Source of the DNA: Octopus bimaculoides
Lineage: Eukaryota
Assembly (NCBI RefSeq): GCF_001194135.2
Contig: NC_068992.1
Coordinates: forward strand, 33,506,402 to 33,570,401
DNA: 64,000 bases
Direction of reading: 5' to 3'
Shown here: positions 63,331 to 64,000 of the stretch, in pieces
Numbering within the stretch: position 1 is the stretch's first letter
How the letters are laid out: the number at the start of each line of letters is the position of its first letter
Position numbers and translations under genes: made by a program
The notes under the pieces: generated by a model
Databases searched by the model: none
The model's input: the letters and a program-made list of their open reading frames with translations, nothing else
What the model was told of the DNA's origin: nothing

Positions 63331-64000
63331 CACTGTTTTGCAATCCTGAACACCTCACAACTCTGATCTTCGGTCATGTTTCAAAAACTATGGTCTAAAA
63401 TGGGGTAAAATGAGTAATGACTAATTTCAATAATTCCTTCATTTAACTTGCATGAGCTGTGAATATATCATGAAGATACATAATATATATAATATTTTAT
63501 GTTGAGTTTTTTATATTCAGATAAGTTTCATTAATTTCATATCATGTACCATTTTTTCCCTGATCCCCTTTTATTTAACCTAAATATTAAAAAAATCTTT
63601 TACACTTCTGATTTTTGTGATGTGTATGAGTGTCTTCTCGAGAACTGAAGAGGCAAATTTGCCTGATCTTGGGTTACTCATTTTGCCCCAGCCAAATTTG
63701 TTTTTTATATACTCAAAAGGAACACTGATAATTTTCTGAAATAACAATCAGATTATGTCATAATGTTTTTAATGCAGTTAGGGAAGACCATTTGCTTAGC
63801 TGATATAGTTTTTGTATTGAACAAGTGAAAAAATATATTTTGTCTCAAAGTCAAAAATACAGTAAAAACACTTTATTTTGCCCACCACCCATCTCCTATA
63901 TAATTTTTGTCTGCAAAGTTATAGAGGGAATAACATGAGAAACAAAATGCATGCTGTCCTACAATACTGCCATTGAGTGTATTTTATATATATATATATA

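Overview
AT-rich, microsatellite-rich eukaryotic scaffold with five N-gaps (2407-2432, 5477-6279, 7866-7965, 8646-8842, 44948-45606). The SINE/RTE repertoire resembles cephalopod (Octopus-like) DNA; this is inferred from recalled repeat families, not from a search. No host protein-coding gene can be called with confidence. The window is a mosaic of decayed transposons: RTE, CR1 and RLE-type LINEs, several Penelope-like elements, two Gypsy remnants, piggyBac, mariner, maT (DD37D), Merlin, a hAT-type shell, many MITEs and SINEs. Three observations stand out. (1) A set of minimal type I hammerhead ribozyme motifs: a complete-core copy at the 3' end of a Penelope element (37343-37385), an orphan copy with one core change heading an ORF-less structured ~230 nt module (40048-40092, retrozyme-like), and decayed relics at other Penelope ends. 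(2) A mini Gypsy element with both LTRs intact, flanked by a 136-bp target duplication instead of a 4-6 bp TSD and carrying an unassigned ~270 bp segment. (3) A 62-bp minisatellite with a trimeric higher-order pattern expanding inside an RTE/SINE-type 3' tail. All alignments and folds were done by eye.
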